Source: Octopus sinensis (Eukaryota). From it: a stretch of DNA of 64,000 bases. Position numbers and translations under genes: made by a program. Location: NCBI RefSeq assembly GCF_006345805.1, contig NC_043012.1:2666001-2730000 (forward strand). Direction: 5' to 3'. Every line of letters starts with the position of its first letter. The stretch's first letter is position 1. The notes under the pieces are model-generated. The model was not told the DNA's origin. It searched no databases and saw nothing but the letters and a program-made list of their open reading frames with translations. This document shows positions 24,318 to 39,287 of this stretch, one piece after another.

Positions 24318-24540
24318 TAATAATCCTTTCTACTAAAGGCACAAGGCCTGAAATTTTGGGGGAGGGGGCTAGTCAATTAGATCAACCCCAGTGTTTCACT
24401 GGTACTTAATTTATCGACCCCAAAAGGATGAAAGGTAAATTTGACCTTGGCAGGATTTGAACTCAGAACACAAAGACAGATGAAATGCCACAAAGCATTC
24501 TATCCGGTATGCTGACGATTGTGCCAACTCACTGCCTTAA
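24318..24540 (-). mobile_element. tRNA-headed SINE 'family B' with (ATT)n tail
   Basis: Reverse complement of the family seen at 59542-59760. The tail merges into the (AAT)n tract at 24120-24315. Confidence 0.8.
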
Positions 24541-27469
24541 TAATAACTACAACAATAATGATGATGATAATAACAACAACAAGAAGATATAATTTCAAAA
24601 ACAAAATTCATGTGATAGAATTCATTACTTCTGATTAAAATTCAAAGAACTGGGAAGTTTAGTGTGATGTATGGGCTGCAATCACTAACCAAAGTAGAAA
24701 ATATAAGACCATAGTCCATTTAGAAGGCCTAAGGTGGCCTATTTATTAATAAATGCAGGTTTTGAGGTTTGAGTATGTTCAGCTTCATCAGATATATTGT
24801 ATAACCCATTTCATTCTTCCTTCAACCACTCAAGATCTAAAACTTACAAGATACCGTTATGGTTGGGGCTTAAAGAGTTAAAAATATAATGAAAAATTGG
24901 TTTATGTTAAATGTGATGTAACAAGGACCTCAGTTCTTAATCATCATTTCATTCAAATGTTTGTTTTTCCATGCTTGCATGGATCAGACGAAGTTTATTG
25001 AGGTTGATTTTTCACAACCGGATGCCCTTATTGTTGTAAATCCTCACCTGTTTCCCTACGAGATAATATTACCCTCAGATTAGGCTTTTTATCACAGTAA
25101 TAAAAAGGTAATGAATGACACTGCTTATATGACAGTGACACTCATTTACTGCCACATGCGATGTCAAGACAGGGAAACACAAACACACACATTTACATAC
25201 ATATGCATACACGCACACACGATAGGCTTCTTTCAGTTTCTGTCTAGCAAATTCACAACAACCCAGGCTAATAATAGCAGTGCCACATGGTAGGACTGAA
25301 CCTGGAACCATGTGGCTGGTAAGTAAACTTTTTACCACATAGCCAGCCACACCCGGGCCTACCTTTTGGTTCTAAAAAGAAAATGGTAATCTCTCTATGC
25401 CCATAAACTAAGCTAAGATCTGAAAAACTGAAAAGTTAAAATTTTAAAATGTGTGTATGTAGTCTTACATCTAATTGTTCATATCTTGAAAATCCCACAA
25501 CTTTCTTACAATCAGTTTTTTTTTTTTCATTTTCCCCTTAAATATTTGATGTTTATTGTTGAAATGTTAAAGACAAATAAAGGATTTTGCTTTTCAGCTC
25601 ACTTGGTTTAACCATTCCACATTAAATATTACATATTAAGACTTCTACATATACATTATATTACATATTGCAGACTTCTACATATACATTATATTTTTGC
25701 TTATTTTCAAATGAAATTTACTTCACCCTTTACTGGACAGTTTTCTTGCAAATGTTAAATTGCCAATGCTTTTAATCTTTTATATTGGCCATTTATTGCA
25801 GGAATAAATTGTGTAGTTGTTTCAATTAATTTTTTGTTTAATAATAAAGATTCCAGAGGATTTTTTTTTTATAAAAGTATCACTATCTCTTTTCCTTATT
25901 TGGTATAACAAACATTTGGAATATAACAATTTGGCAATAGGTGTTACATAGAGTTTTGTGTTAATGAATGTGTAAATTATTAATAATTTCAGATCATGTG
26001 GTATTTAATAGATTAATTTCTGTTCATCATAAAAATTCAAATTAGCATATTAAAAAAAAAAAAAAAAAACGTGGTTATTTTATTTAAACACAGCTTTTTC
26101 TCTGAAAGTAGATCCCAATGCTAGAGTTTACATTCTCTTTGATTCCTTCTTCTTTTTGCTATTTCTTTATAAACTTACCAAGGTATTTAAAGGTTATTGT
26201 ATAGAGCTTATCCTTCTGAATTATTGATAATCCTTTAAAAAGAAATGTGAAACGAGAAACAGCAGTCAGAATAGTTCTCTATAACTGGTTTTGTTTCAAT
26301 TGGAAATTCAGATTAAATTTCTGAAGTTCTTCAATATTTCAAGTTTGTAGCCTTACTTGCTTTATTCTCCTGCAATCTGAATTGCTTTCAGAGAAAAGAA
26401 ATTACTTGCTTAGTAAATCTTCTCTCATCAACAACTTGTGACACTTTTTTGTTTTTTAAACATTCTATTTTCACTCTTGATCTCTTCTGTTGTAATTAAA
26501 ATAACTGTATTAGATGCTGTGATGCAATTATAAGCTCCCAGCAAATTTATTCAGTGTTGAAGTTGATTTGATTTCCAACTGTGTCTGTTTCACTTCGATT
26601 GTTAACACCCCCTAGTATACTACCTGGATGCCACAAATTCCCATTTTCCTACCATTATTAATCTCAGGCTTCAAGCCTATGTATAAGATCATTTATTATA
26701 GTTTCTGCTTTCCTAGATTTGTCAGATTCATTCCCAATTCTACACAAACTTCATACAGCACCACCCTCTCTTCTTACACATGCTATACTTCCATCAGCAT
26801 TCTTTAAAAGCCACATCCTACTCTTCCTTTCTCTAAAACTGCTTTCTTCTGAAGCTTCTTTATCCCTAAACTGTCACAGAAACTGTCACAGAATAAGTCT
26901 TCAGTACTCTAAACATTCTGCTTAATTAAGAACTTTACTGTATTTACGTGTGTAGAGAGATTTAATAGCAAACACCAGTTTCAACATGGGTAGGTAGCAG
27001 AGTTCTTGAATTAAAAAAAAAAGGATAAGGGGATAAAATAAATTGATTTTGGGATGCAAAAAGTAGGGGTTATGTTATATTCAATGTCAGTTTGTACTCA
27101 TGTATGATAGGTTTAAATGTATACAATGTCAGTGGGAATGCGGGATGTGTTAATTTGTTTTATTCCGCAGAAAGACTCTTCTCTTTATTTTTTCTTTTAC
27201 TTGTTTTGGTTTGCGGCCATGTTGGGACCCTGCCTTGAAATAGTTTAGTTAAATGAATCAACCCCCCTTATAATATGGACTATTCTTTCATTTAGATCTC
27301 ATCTAAGGTCACTTTTTTCTCTGTTCATAGTTGGTTGTCCTATGTCAGTTATCTAGAATGTTCTACCACCACAAACAAGATTTAGCTATACTGTAACGGC
27401 ACAGTTCTCTCCCCTGAATATTCCTCCTCTAGTTGAGCTAGGTGACTTTACATTCTTTTCTATTATGAC

Positions 27470-28015
27470 AGCTGTCGTTGTTTAATCCACCCCAAACCCC
27501 CAGGTCAACCTTGTGTAAGAAGACCTATGATCAAAGATATTCCAGTTGTGACCATCCCGTTCTTTGATATAGAAGACTACACTGTCCAGTGTTTCTACCC
27601 CTTCTTTTAAGATGGTGGAGTGCAAGTTAAGGAAGATTTAGCTGCTATTTTTAGCAAATCGAGTAACAATTTTCGGGTTCCTCATGTTGGCTTCATTACA
27701 ATGAGTTATCTACCTTTTAGTTTCAGAGAGAGAGAGAGAGATTCTTGATAGTTGGTGTCATGTTTTACGTTTGATTGCATTACATCTCTACAATACCAAA
27801 ACATTTGTGTTTGTTTCTGAGTGTTTCTGCTGCCTCATCTCAGAACTGTCTTCATTTAAAGGTTGTTGTCATTTAGCCCAGGTTAGACTCGATTGAACAG
27901 ACTATGACTGAAAGCATTCCCAGCCTGACTGAAATGTAGAGTGCGATTTGAGGGAAATTTGACAATTATTTCCAACATGTTGAGCTACATGTAGATTCGT
28001 GCTTCCTTGTCCATT
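27470..28015 (+). repeat. Two decayed copies of dispersed repeat 'family D' (GTTGTTTAGCCCCAGGTC...TGATCAAAGGCATTCCAGC.ATGACCATCCC...GATTTGGCTGCTATTTCTAGC)
   Basis: Related copies at ~2480-2670 (-), ~33525-33700 and ~44410-44600. Class not determinable. Confidence 0.6.
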
Positions 28016-28666
28016 TGCACTATTTAGTTTGTAGAGGTGACATGGCCACATGGATCGGTCATTCAACTACTGACTCATAAATAACAGATTCAAATCCATT
28101 CTAGGTTGTAAGTCACTACTTCAGTGGAGAAGAACTTTTCTTAATTCCTTTCATCTGCCAAAAATCGGTCCGGTCCCCTCATTTTCTAGGAATAATATAT
28201 TTGTTACATTGGTATCTCATCGAGGAGCAGTGTATGTTTGTATGTGTGTAGGTACATCATTCAATGGATGATAGCTACTGGTATTTCTTTAACTGTTTTA
28301 CTCTGTCTATGAGAATCTTATCTAAAATATAAATGATAAAAATATACATTCCATCACTTTGTAAGAAGCTTTCCATCAAACTCTATTTTCTTATTTCACA
28401 ATGCTTCAAACAGCAACATTCTTCTTTTCCATGCATTTATATATATATATAATGTTTTAATGAAAACCATATGTCTTGTGAAGTACATATTTTTAAAGCA
28501 GCTGACAAACAGTTTTGTTTTTATCACCTTGATAAATGGTAAAATAAAATTTCAACCAAGAAACCCTCAGTATATATTTCACAAGACTCATGGTTCTCAT
28601 TATAACAGTATCTTTATTCTCTTTGCTGATCAAGTGTTATTCTACTTGTTGGAACTTTATCACACA

Positions 28667-28741
<75 letters not shown>

Positions 28742-29439
28742 TGTATATACACACATTAATTCATTCATACATTCATTCTCTTAATGTCATCTTAGTAGAA
28801 CTAAGCATAGTTTTTGAGAGTTTGATGTAGCATTTTAGTGGAGTTACAATATTTTTCAGCTATGAGAAATGATTGGTTTTTTTTAAAGCTTACTGTTAGA
28901 TGTAAAATTCATTCAGTCAGGAGATTGTCAGAAACATTAGGGAGCAGTGAGCAAACTGTTTTATACTATTTAGTTACAAACTTTTAGGTTTTGAGTTCAA
29001 ATTCCATGAAGGCTAAATTTGCCTTTCACTCTTTCAAGGGTTGGTAAAAAAATCAACTATTTCCTTCTCCCAGATTTCTGGTCTTGTATACTTGTTGGAA
29101 ACAATTAAGGTGGATGATTAGTTGAATTACTAGAGCATTGACTGACCAAAGCGTTTTGCAGTAATTGTTCCAGTTGTTTACAGTCTGAGTTCAAATCCCT
29201 CCTGACTCAGTTTAGCTTTTCATTCTTTGTAGTCAATAAAATAAAGTACCAGTCAAATACTAGGGTTTATGGCATTGATCAATCCTCCCTTGCCCTCACC
29301 ATAATCAAATTTTTAGTCTTGTGCTAATGCTAGAACAAGCTAATTGTTAGCATTGGAAATGAATGTAAACCCATCCACTACAGCAGAATTAATATCCTAA
29401 AGTACCTTAGTTAATGCTCTTATAGCCGAAGGGGTTTTT

Positions 29440-29770
29440 ATCTAATCCTGTCAGTGTTGGTGCCTCATAAAAAGCACCCACACTATTTCCATGTATGGAG
29501 ATCTCTATCGATGTGGGCAGGACCACTCACACTCCACATTAAATATTACAAAGTCAAACCATAATAAATATCAAAGGAACATTCTTGTGCCATGGTAAAA
29601 GCACCCAGTGTGCTCTGTAAAGTGGTTGGCATTTAGGAAAGGCTTCCAGCTGTCGAAACCAAGTCAAAACACATGACTGGAACCTTGTGCAGCTTGCCAG
29701 CTCTAGCCAAACCATCCAACCCATGCCAGCATAGAAAATGGAGGTTAAATAATAATGATGATGATGATGA
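29440..29770 (+). mobile_element. Family-C-related SINE subfamily with a distinct internal spacer
   Basis: Shares a ~100-bp internal segment (CCATGTA.GGAGATCT...ATAATAAATATCAAAGGAACATTCTTGTGCC) and the tail with 34615-34912. Confidence 0.65.
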
Positions 29771-32700
29771 CGTACAAGACATTCCTAGCTGTTCTTTAGA
29801 ACCATTTGGTATTTTTTTTTTTCCCTTCTTACCTGAAATGCATATTACTATCAAAGTAACTGCATGTAAATTAGCTAACACATTCACCTACTCACCCACC
29901 ACCATATTCACCACTACATAATCCACTTCCATTTTCTTTACCATGCGCTGCTGGAATGCTGATCACCTTATTGTCCCAAGTAGAGGACTAAAGTCACTTG
30001 AATTATGATTCAAAATATAAAGTAAAATATGATATTTGAAATCAGGGAGTAACATTTGCATCAGCTGCTGTTTCCTTTTTCTACTGCAATGCAGTTAAAG
30101 CTTGGTGCAATGCACTGGAATCATAACTGCACTGAAGTGCAGTTATGTCTCGGTGTGGTGCACTGGAATTTATGGCTTAGTTTTGGTCCCTGCTTGGAGC
30201 TGCTTTGCTTCATTAATTCAATATTTTTTGGAATGGACATGAACATCATAACTTCACAATGCCTCTCTCTCACTTATCTCTCTTTTAAATTCTTGAGTTT
30301 TCATATCTGTGTAAGAAATTATGAAATGTTAATCTGTACAGAATAGTAATTACTTTAAATATCAATGTCCTTAAAAAGGTGCAGAGGTTGTCATATGGTT
30401 AAGAAGTTTGAGTCCACACAGTGGGATCTTGAGCAAGTGTTTTCTACTTTATAGCTCTGGGCTGACCAATGCATTGTGAAGAAGTTTGGTAGTCAGAAGC
30501 TATTTGAAAACGTGTGTGTCGGGGTTTCCCACCAGTGATTGTAGTTAATACAAGGGAGATCATTATTTTTTCATAATATTTGGCAGGATTAGAATTTTGA
30601 ATTTGAAATTAAGACATTGTAAGGAAAATAATGCATAGAACTTTCATTTTAATTAATTTATTAAATATTTTTGCTTACTTAATCTAGTTGGAGGTAATCA
30701 TATATGGTAATATTTCTTTCTTTGTGTGTGTGTGTGTCTATACTGTGTCCTCAAATTGACTCTGTTTGGGTAGCTGTGATGTTTGTTTATGTCCCCCATA
30801 ATATCTCCTAAGCTTGACAGTTTAACATTTGAACACAAGTGGAATAAAGTATATTACTTGTCAAACAAGAATCAGTAATCTTTAACTAATCCATACCAGT
30901 CTAGAAAAACTTGATAAAATAACAATGATGGTAATCTCTGCTTTCCTTTGCTAAGTCTTTGGAAAACTGATTTCTTATGTGAGCAGGGAAACTTGTTGAT
31001 ATGTATATATATATATATATATATAAATTAATAAATAAAATATATGCATACATACATACATATATGTACGTACCTACATCTACATGTATATATACATGCA
31101 TATATAAATATATATATGTGAGTACAGGACACCACAAATAGACGTAGAACTCAACGAGAAACGAAAACGTAAAAACAAACATGGAAACAGACTTTTTTTA
31201 ACAACAAAAAAAACAAACAATACAAGGAAAATTCCCCTTCATCAGCTGTCCCTAGTTCGACTCCATGCGTGTTTCGAAAGTAAGGACAGAACACGACTCG
31301 TCGAACTAGCCCTTCCTTCTAAATTTGTTCATGAGAAATGTTTTGAATATGCAAATAAAGCTCCTATTCAGTTATGCTGACCACAGTCCAATGATGCTGA
31401 CTGGTGAACCAGTTTTTTGGGGTTGCACCGAGCTGTACCAATATAATGTAGGATATAGTAATAATAACAGTAATTCTTGGATGGAATTTATAAATATTTA
31501 ATGCATCGCTATATAGATATAAAGGTCCTTAACTGTTAGCCTTTTGCTCCCTATGCAGCATAAGCCATTGACAACTTTTCTCTCCTCTTCTCAATTCTGG
31601 GCTGTTGGACTTGCAGCTTCCTTGAGAGAAGTTCCCTTCTCTCCCAGATCTCATTGGTTCTGAATTGTCTTTGATGCTTTTGTAGCTTGGCTTTTTCTTT
31701 TTTAAAATTTTTGTCTAGGTTTAGGGTGCTGGCCTTTCACAAACCCATTTTTATTTCTGGGAAGAAGCAGTCCATATTGGTCTGACCTCCGTCCTGCTTA
31801 GGAGGCCCTATCAGAAGCTTGCACTCTGCTGGAATAGCTCTCAGGGTTGTTGAGGGGGACAAGCCACAAAACAACCAGGACTGGGCTCTGGATATAGAAA
31901 GGAGGGGAAACAATATTATGTGATGTTTGTACAGTTTCCAAGAACATTAGCAAAACAAAAGAAGTGCCTAAATGCAAGAATCATAACCCAATCATAGACT
32001 TGCCTCCCGAGGAATATGTCTATTACTCAATTCCTCTTTGCTACTCCATATTATATTTAACTGCATTATCTATTTGTTTCTCCCGTATGATTTTATTCCT
32101 TGTTTCCTCTCATTTTATACTTGTCTACCCTACTTCTATCACCAGTTCTGTTTTCTTGAAAAAGAAAATGCTTTGTCCTCCAGTAATAATTATTCTATGT
32201 ATATCTATAATTAATTGTATTTTTATTATTTTAAATAACTCACAAATTTTATATATAGCTCTTTCAAGTCCATATCTACCAGCAGCTTATATAATTACTA
32301 CTGCTGTTCTGTGTTGCTGTCCTTTGTTATAAAATATCTTCAATGAGGGTGACAAGCGGAATAGCAGCTGTTTTTGTCAATCCTGGCCCTGGGTCAGTTT
32401 GATTGTTCAGCTGTCTGTCATAGCTGGTATGTCAAATACAAAAGGTAGTTCCAGACAGGAAAAAGTTTAAAGTATCAACAATGTGTGACCTTGAGGGAGA
32501 TGGAGAAAGTGGTGGTGGTGGTGGTGATGATGATGGTGAGAGAGAGAGCATTGAGGAAAACAAAACAAGTATTGACAATGATGTCTTAAGATGGTGAAAA
32601 CATCTTGGTGACTTGGTTGGATGTCTAGAAGCTTGAGATTATTTGGCATTTGCTGCTGCCTCCATAAAGAAAGTATGTTTTGCACAATACTAATAATTTA

Positions 32701-35143
32701 AGAGACCAGTGATAAAGACAAATGTTACCTACTTGCAGTGAGAAATGATTTGGTGCTTCCAGAAGCTTCTCAGTTCAACTTATTTAACCACACTTGCCGA
32801 TTCTCTCTCTGTTCTGCATTTCAGCTAATGTTTGGTTCTGGAGATCAATTAATTTGCTTCCTTTTAATTTCATGGCACCAACTAGTTGAACAAATACCAG
32901 CGACTTTTCTGCGTATCTGTCTGTATATCCACATGCACGTTTTGCTTGGGTGTGTATGTGTGTGTGAGTGACTGAGTATTTGTATGTATGTATGTATGTA
33001 TGTGTGTGTGTGTGAGTGTGAGAGTAGTTTTTCTTGATAGCTTTTCTATGCTGTGTATTTTCCAGAGTATGGAATCATCAATATATGTCTGGCATGTGCC
33101 TTTACTCCACTGCAAGGTGAAGTGTTGCTTTCTCTTTTACTTTTCACTTCATAATTCTGCCCTGTAATGGTTGCGAAGGTTGTGCTGTCATTTTGCTTAC
33201 TTACTCAACTTCTTCTGCACTGCCTTCCCCCCATTATCTCTCTATCCTAGTCAAGCCATTCATCTCGGTAACATCAATAAGGACTTTTTCTAGAATTCTC
33301 TTCAGGAATGCTAACAACAATATGGTAAATATATAAAAAATATTTTAACTAATCTTTATTGAGCCAAGAACATTATAGGAAAAAATTAATCAGGAATATT
33401 TATTAAATGTATAACGACATGAACAATAAGAGAATAATGATTAAAAGTTCTTGGCAGAAAGTGTGTGTGTGTGTGTATCTCTGTTGAGAAGTAAACTGAC
33501 TTCTTGACTAAACTTAGGTTGAATTATTGTTGCTATTTAACCTCAGATCAATCTTGATTGAGCAGACCTCTGATCAAAGGCAGTCCAACCATGACCACCC
33601 TGTCCTTTTTGTGGTATTATGTATCCAGGATTACATTATTCAATGCGACCCTCTGATTTCAAGATAGGGGTGAAGGTAATTTAAGAAAGATTTGGATACA
33701 TTAAAGATGGTTCATGAGATCCAGCTTTATTTAGAAACAAAAACTGTAGATTTCTACATGGTATTATAAACATATTTGCCTCTTCAACTTCAACCCAACA
33801 AGACAATTGTCCCTGAGAGAATTGCTCACGCTATCATTAAATATAGTACCTGCAAGATAATTTCTGTTCTCACCAAATTCTTCAACCCTTCCCTCTCTAC
33901 GATGAGGAAACTTGCTACAGTGTGTCCTAGGTGGACATCTACCAATCACTCTCACATTCAACATCTCATAGGTTATAGAAACATTCTTAAACAATCACAT
34001 CCTTGAACCTCTCTCTCTCTCTCTCACACACACACATGCACACATGCACACACACACTAACATGTCTAGGGAGGTCTCTCACTCTTGAGAACTTTGATGA
34101 AAGCAATATTTTTGTGCTTGACATAAGAAAAGTTTTCTGTTAATAGAAATGCCAAGCTAAGTTGTCTGCCCTATGCTCCATCTGTCTCTGGTGTACTTGA
34201 ATGAAAGTTTCCTTCAAACTAAACTGGGCAGTAGACTCAATTTGTCTCCCAAATTAACACCATTTACCTGGTTCTTGGAGGCTTTTAGTGGGGTCTACTT
34301 TGTTGTAAGCATTCGGAACACTGGCTTGAAAATACCTTACCCCTTTCAAAAAGTCATGAGCAATGCTCTCCTTCCTGATTAAGTGATGAAATAAAGATTA
34401 TGCTGAAGACACTTCTTCTGACCCCCAAACTCTATCAACTGCCTCTTATACTCTTCTTTTAATACACTAATTACCTATTTCCTGTCCCTCTAACAACAAC
34501 AAAAAAATCTTGTGCTGATAATACACCTTTCATTTCTTCTTTAATTTCCCACACACGGCTGTCATCCACACCCAACCAAGACACTACACATCATGCCCCA
34601 CTTCATACACACTGTTTTCCATGTACGGAGATCTTAAAATCATTTCTATCAATGTGGGCAAAGCCACTCGCACTCCATATTAAACATCACAAAGTCAGAC
34701 CATAATAAATATCAAAGGAACATTCTTGTGCCATGGTAAAAACACCCAACACACTCTGCAAAGTGGTTGGCATTAGGAAGGTCAATGAGCCATAAAAACC
34801 ATGCCACAACAGACAGTTGGAGCTTGATGCAGTCCCTGGCTTTACCAGCTCCTGTGAAACCATCCAACCCATACCAGTATGGAAAATTGATGTTAAATGA
34901 TGATGATGATAGGGTCAACATGTTGTTTCCTTTTCTCCCAGAATATAATTTAGCCCTGGTCAGTTACTGACCAGGGCCAAGTATATTCAGCCATGAAAAA
35001 GAAAACAAGTGTTTTGATAAATGTTATAAAGCTCAGCATTAGATCTGCATTAAAATACTTCCTCTGCATGCGCATGTGTGCATGTATGTGTGTGGGAATA
35101 AACAAAAATAGCAATATTTTCATTACGTGTTGAACTATTTAAA

Positions 35144-35537
35144 TCTCTCTCTATATATAAAACTGAAGTTGTCTGTGTATGGCAGGTTTGGTAACCTTCA
35201 ACTAACACTATCTCCTCCAAGACCCTGCCGCGCAAGTTGCCCAAAATTTGAGTAAGATAGAAGAAGGCTTGCTCTTCCTTCTGTATAAGAAAAAAATTCA
35301 AATTGCACCATGTAAACACCAAAAATTATTTACATCAAAAAGGTGCTTTTTTCTATGAAAATCCCTATTTTTTTACAATTTTTTTACTGCTGTGTCACCA
35401 TTTTTTAGTGTATTTCAACCAGAAAAATGTTCACTTAAAGAGAATAACAAGCTACATAATGCAAAATTTTTACTTTTCAAAAATTCCAATTCTAAAGGGT
35501 CGAAACAAACCCGAGCAATGCCGGGCGATACTGCTAG
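35144..35537 (+). mobile_element. Non-autonomous Helitron (~394 bp)
   Basis: A|TC 5' end followed by TCTATATATAAAA. 3' hairpin CCCGAGCAATGCCGGG (35510-25) 8 nt before CTAG|T. A/T target site, no TSD. Confidence 0.75.
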
Positions 35538-35935
35538 TATATGTTATATTTAATCAATGGGTTTAGCAGGTAAGAGTGTTATTTCCCTTTGATCTAATCT
35601 GCTGCTACATAGGTACCTCAGAATAATACACCTGATGACTATTGAACATCAAATTAATCAAAGTGTTGTGTAGATGTAAATTTTTTATATAATTTTTCAT
35701 CTGCAAAGACATTGTTAATATTCAGGAATAAGATACCTGATGACCTGGGGATGCAACTGGTTGAAATATAGAGTAAATGTAAATATTAATAAAGAAACTT
35801 GGATAAAGGCGGTGCTCCAGCATAGCCACAGTCAAATGACTGAAACAAGTAAGAGAGTAAATGATCATAATAAATGAAATAAAAATGACTAAAACAATAC
35901 CTTCACAATGTGTGTGCGTGTGTATGTGTGCGTGC

Positions 35936-35971
<36 letters not shown>

Positions 35972-37889
35972 ACGCTCTGTCTCTCCTCATGAAATACATT
36001 AATGCTTATTTTATTTTGAATTATTAATTTAATTTTTGCTTGTCTTTTTTTCATTTGCTTTGAAATATGGTTTAATAATTTGTTTTTGAAAGTATGATGT
36101 AAGAGAAGAGCATTACAATATTCAGTAGAATCCAGAATTCCAAAGGAATTTTGCAATGTGTCTGTGTCCGAAACAAATGGTCTAGAGAAGGGTTCATAGA
36201 GTTTGATAAGTTCAGTTGCCATAGTAATCGAAGAATCTGAGGTTTCAAGCCCTTATCATTCATCTGGGGGAGAGGAAAGAAGAATAAGTAGTGTTGTTGC
36301 TTTGCTTATAACTACTACTACTAATAATAATAATAATATAAGAGGGTTTTGAGCTTGGTTCTTGGGTGTTAAGTATCATGGAAAGAGGCCCTGTGAGGTG
36401 TTTGACCACAGGTTGCTGTCTGTTCTTACAGAATTAAGTGGAGCAAGTAAAGTCAAGATCTCTGAGAAGTGAAATGAAAATAATACTAACCTTACTGATA
36501 TGGCTGTTATATGAGAGTTTGGTGATTCCATAGCAGAAATGGCATCAAACTAAAGCAAAAGTTCCTTAATTGGTAAATATTCAAACAGGGAAAGGTGCAG
36601 ACAGATGTATGGTTAAGAAATTCATTTTGGTTACTGGTTCAATCCCACTGCATGGCACCTTGGACAGTTGTTTTCTACTGAACAGTCTTTGGTTGAAGGA
36701 AACTGTATGGAATCTTGTTATTTGTGTGTGTGTGTCTTTCCATTGAGATTGCTCAGTCAGTGGTTATATTTGTTTATGTCCCATATAAACAGTATTTCCA
36801 GCAGCTCAATGGTTCAGCAAATGTGTTACATGAAAACAAAGACTTGATGTGAGGGAGGGCATCCAGCTCTAAGAATAATACTGCCTTAAAATGTATCATC
36901 CAATCCATACAAGCATGCAAAAAAATGGACATAACAATAACAAAGGTGAACATGTGGAGCCCATAAAAAACTAGGTCTTTGCCAAATAATTCTTATGTTG
37001 GGCAAAATTAAAATCTTACAGGCCTGCTGTCAAGAGCCAAACTTGGCTTGTGCAGAAGATGCATCCTTCCTTTTTAAGAAGGACTGGTTTTGTTTGGTTG
37101 GTGGAGTGGATTTGGCTTCTAGATCTAGCATTTTGTGCAATTATGTAGAAAGTAAAAGGGTTTTTTTCTTTTTCTTTTTATTAAGCATTCTGTGCTTTAG
37201 AACACAATGGTCTGTCTGCATCTGCCATTTTCCTTTCAGTGGTTTTTTTAAATGAACTTGTTGAGAAATTGATAGCTTCTAGTTGAACAACTCTTCTCCA
37301 ATTCTTGAGGGAAGGGACAGGACACTGGGAATACTGGGAGTGGTCATTATTAATGACTTGCTTGCAGCACTTAGCACTTTATAGCCAATACTAAGGGAGA
37401 GAGATAGAGAATCAACCTTAGTACCCGAGTGGTACTTTATTTATCAACCCTGAAAGGATGGAAAGCAAAGTTGACCTCAGCAGGATTTGAACTCAGAATG
37501 TAAAGAGATCAATACTGCAAGATATTTAGCCAATGTTCTAGCAGATCTGCTAATTGGATGCCTAATAGTAAGAATAGTACCAAACTAATTCCAGTGGCAT
37601 TGCTAGGGTATGTGCCACCAGGAGTAGCCCTTGTGTTTGGAAGGCATCCCTCTCTCTGCAAACAGCCTATACAGGCTTATACAGCAGACCCAAAAGTGCC
37701 ACTCCCCACCATAAAAGCATTGCCTGGGGTGGACCAATCCCTCACCCCCCAACCCCTAGCTTCACTACTTCTCAATCCACCATCTCCCTCATATTTAGCT
37801 ACATCAAAGAAAATTCAAATGCAGCTAATCATAAATCCGACCCAGAAACATTTTTTGAGAACATGCAGAACCAAAATGGTGTAAAATAT

Positions 37890-38391
37890 TGAATTTTGAA
37901 ATTAAAAGATAAAAAGTCAAAAAAATAATTATCAAAATGAAATTCATTTCCTTAGTTTTCCTTGTGAAACACATTTAATATAAAAAAATGAAATCATTTT
38001 TTTCTGTTTTTAAAGAAATTATGGAAAGAGAATATTGTTCCTGCCAGACTTCTGTTTAAATTTTAAACTGCTAATATATTTAGCTAGTTTTGGGCTTTAA
38101 ATAATTACAGTTATAAATATATATAATATGATCCCTTATGAACAACAATAACAAAGAGCCTGCTGTTTTTTTCTTTCATCATGGAGGAAAGGCAATGGAA
38201 AAGCCACTCCAATGTGCACTAGATAGTCAAAACCTACTATAACTGTTAAAAAAGAAAAAAAAAAAGAACATTACTCGGCCATGATACAGTGTGCTAAACA
38301 TTGACAACATCAATATATGAGTGGTATGGAACTTAGAAAATTGGATGTTCAGCAAAAAAATATCGTACATCATGGATTTGATTGTTAGATA

Positions 38392-38429
<38 letters not shown>

Positions 38430-39207
38430 CATCGCGCTCACTCTCCGCTCCTCTCTCACCACGCACTCACTCTCACACACACACACACACACACACACAA
38501 CACACACCAAAAAAAAAATCAGCTAAATATATATAATACATATAGTTTTTTATGTTTTTTCTTTCATGAATCACACATCAGATTTAGATGATAAATGTGT
38601 AATGATACTGCAGTGAATTAAATTAAGTAAAAAAAGAAAATAACATTTGTAAACTTTATTCACAAAAAAATTAGAAAATATGTTAGAATATTTTATTGCT
38701 GCAATTAAATTAAATGTGTAATTTTTTGAAATTTTAAAAAAATAATTATCAAAATGAAAGTCATTTCCTTAGTTTCTTGTGAAACACATTTAATATAAAA
38801 AAATGAAATCATTTTTTCTGTGTTTTAAAGAAGTATGAAAGAGAAATTGTTCTGCCAGACTTCTGTTTAAATTTTAAACTGCTAATATATTTAGCTAGGT
38901 TTGGGCTTTAAATAATTACAGTTTAAATATATATAATATGATCCCTTATGAACAACAAGAATATCACAAGAGCCTGCTTGTTTTTTCTTCATCATGGAGA
39001 AGGCAATGAAAAGCCACTCCAATGTGCACTATGATAGTCAAAACCTACTATAACTGGTTAAAAAAGAAAAAAAAAAAGAACATTACTCAGCCATGATACA
39101 GTGTGCTAAACATTGACAACATCAAATATATGAGTGTAATGGAACTTATGAAAATTGGATGTTCAGGCAAAAAAAATATCGTACATCATGGGATTTGATT
39201 GTTAGAT

Positions 39208-39242
<35 letters not shown>

Positions 39243-39243
39243 A

Positions 39244-39287
<44 letters not shown>

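Noticed and set aside
24770-24800. Minus-strand CTGATGA-AGCT-GAAC
   Set aside because: No GAAA, no usable stem II or cleavage triplet.
33251-33324. Exon-like segment with a strong pyrimidine tract and G|GTAAAT donor
   Set aside because: 74 nt; the only open phase (1 to 0) is incompatible with the downstream phase-1 exon, and there is no homology evidence.
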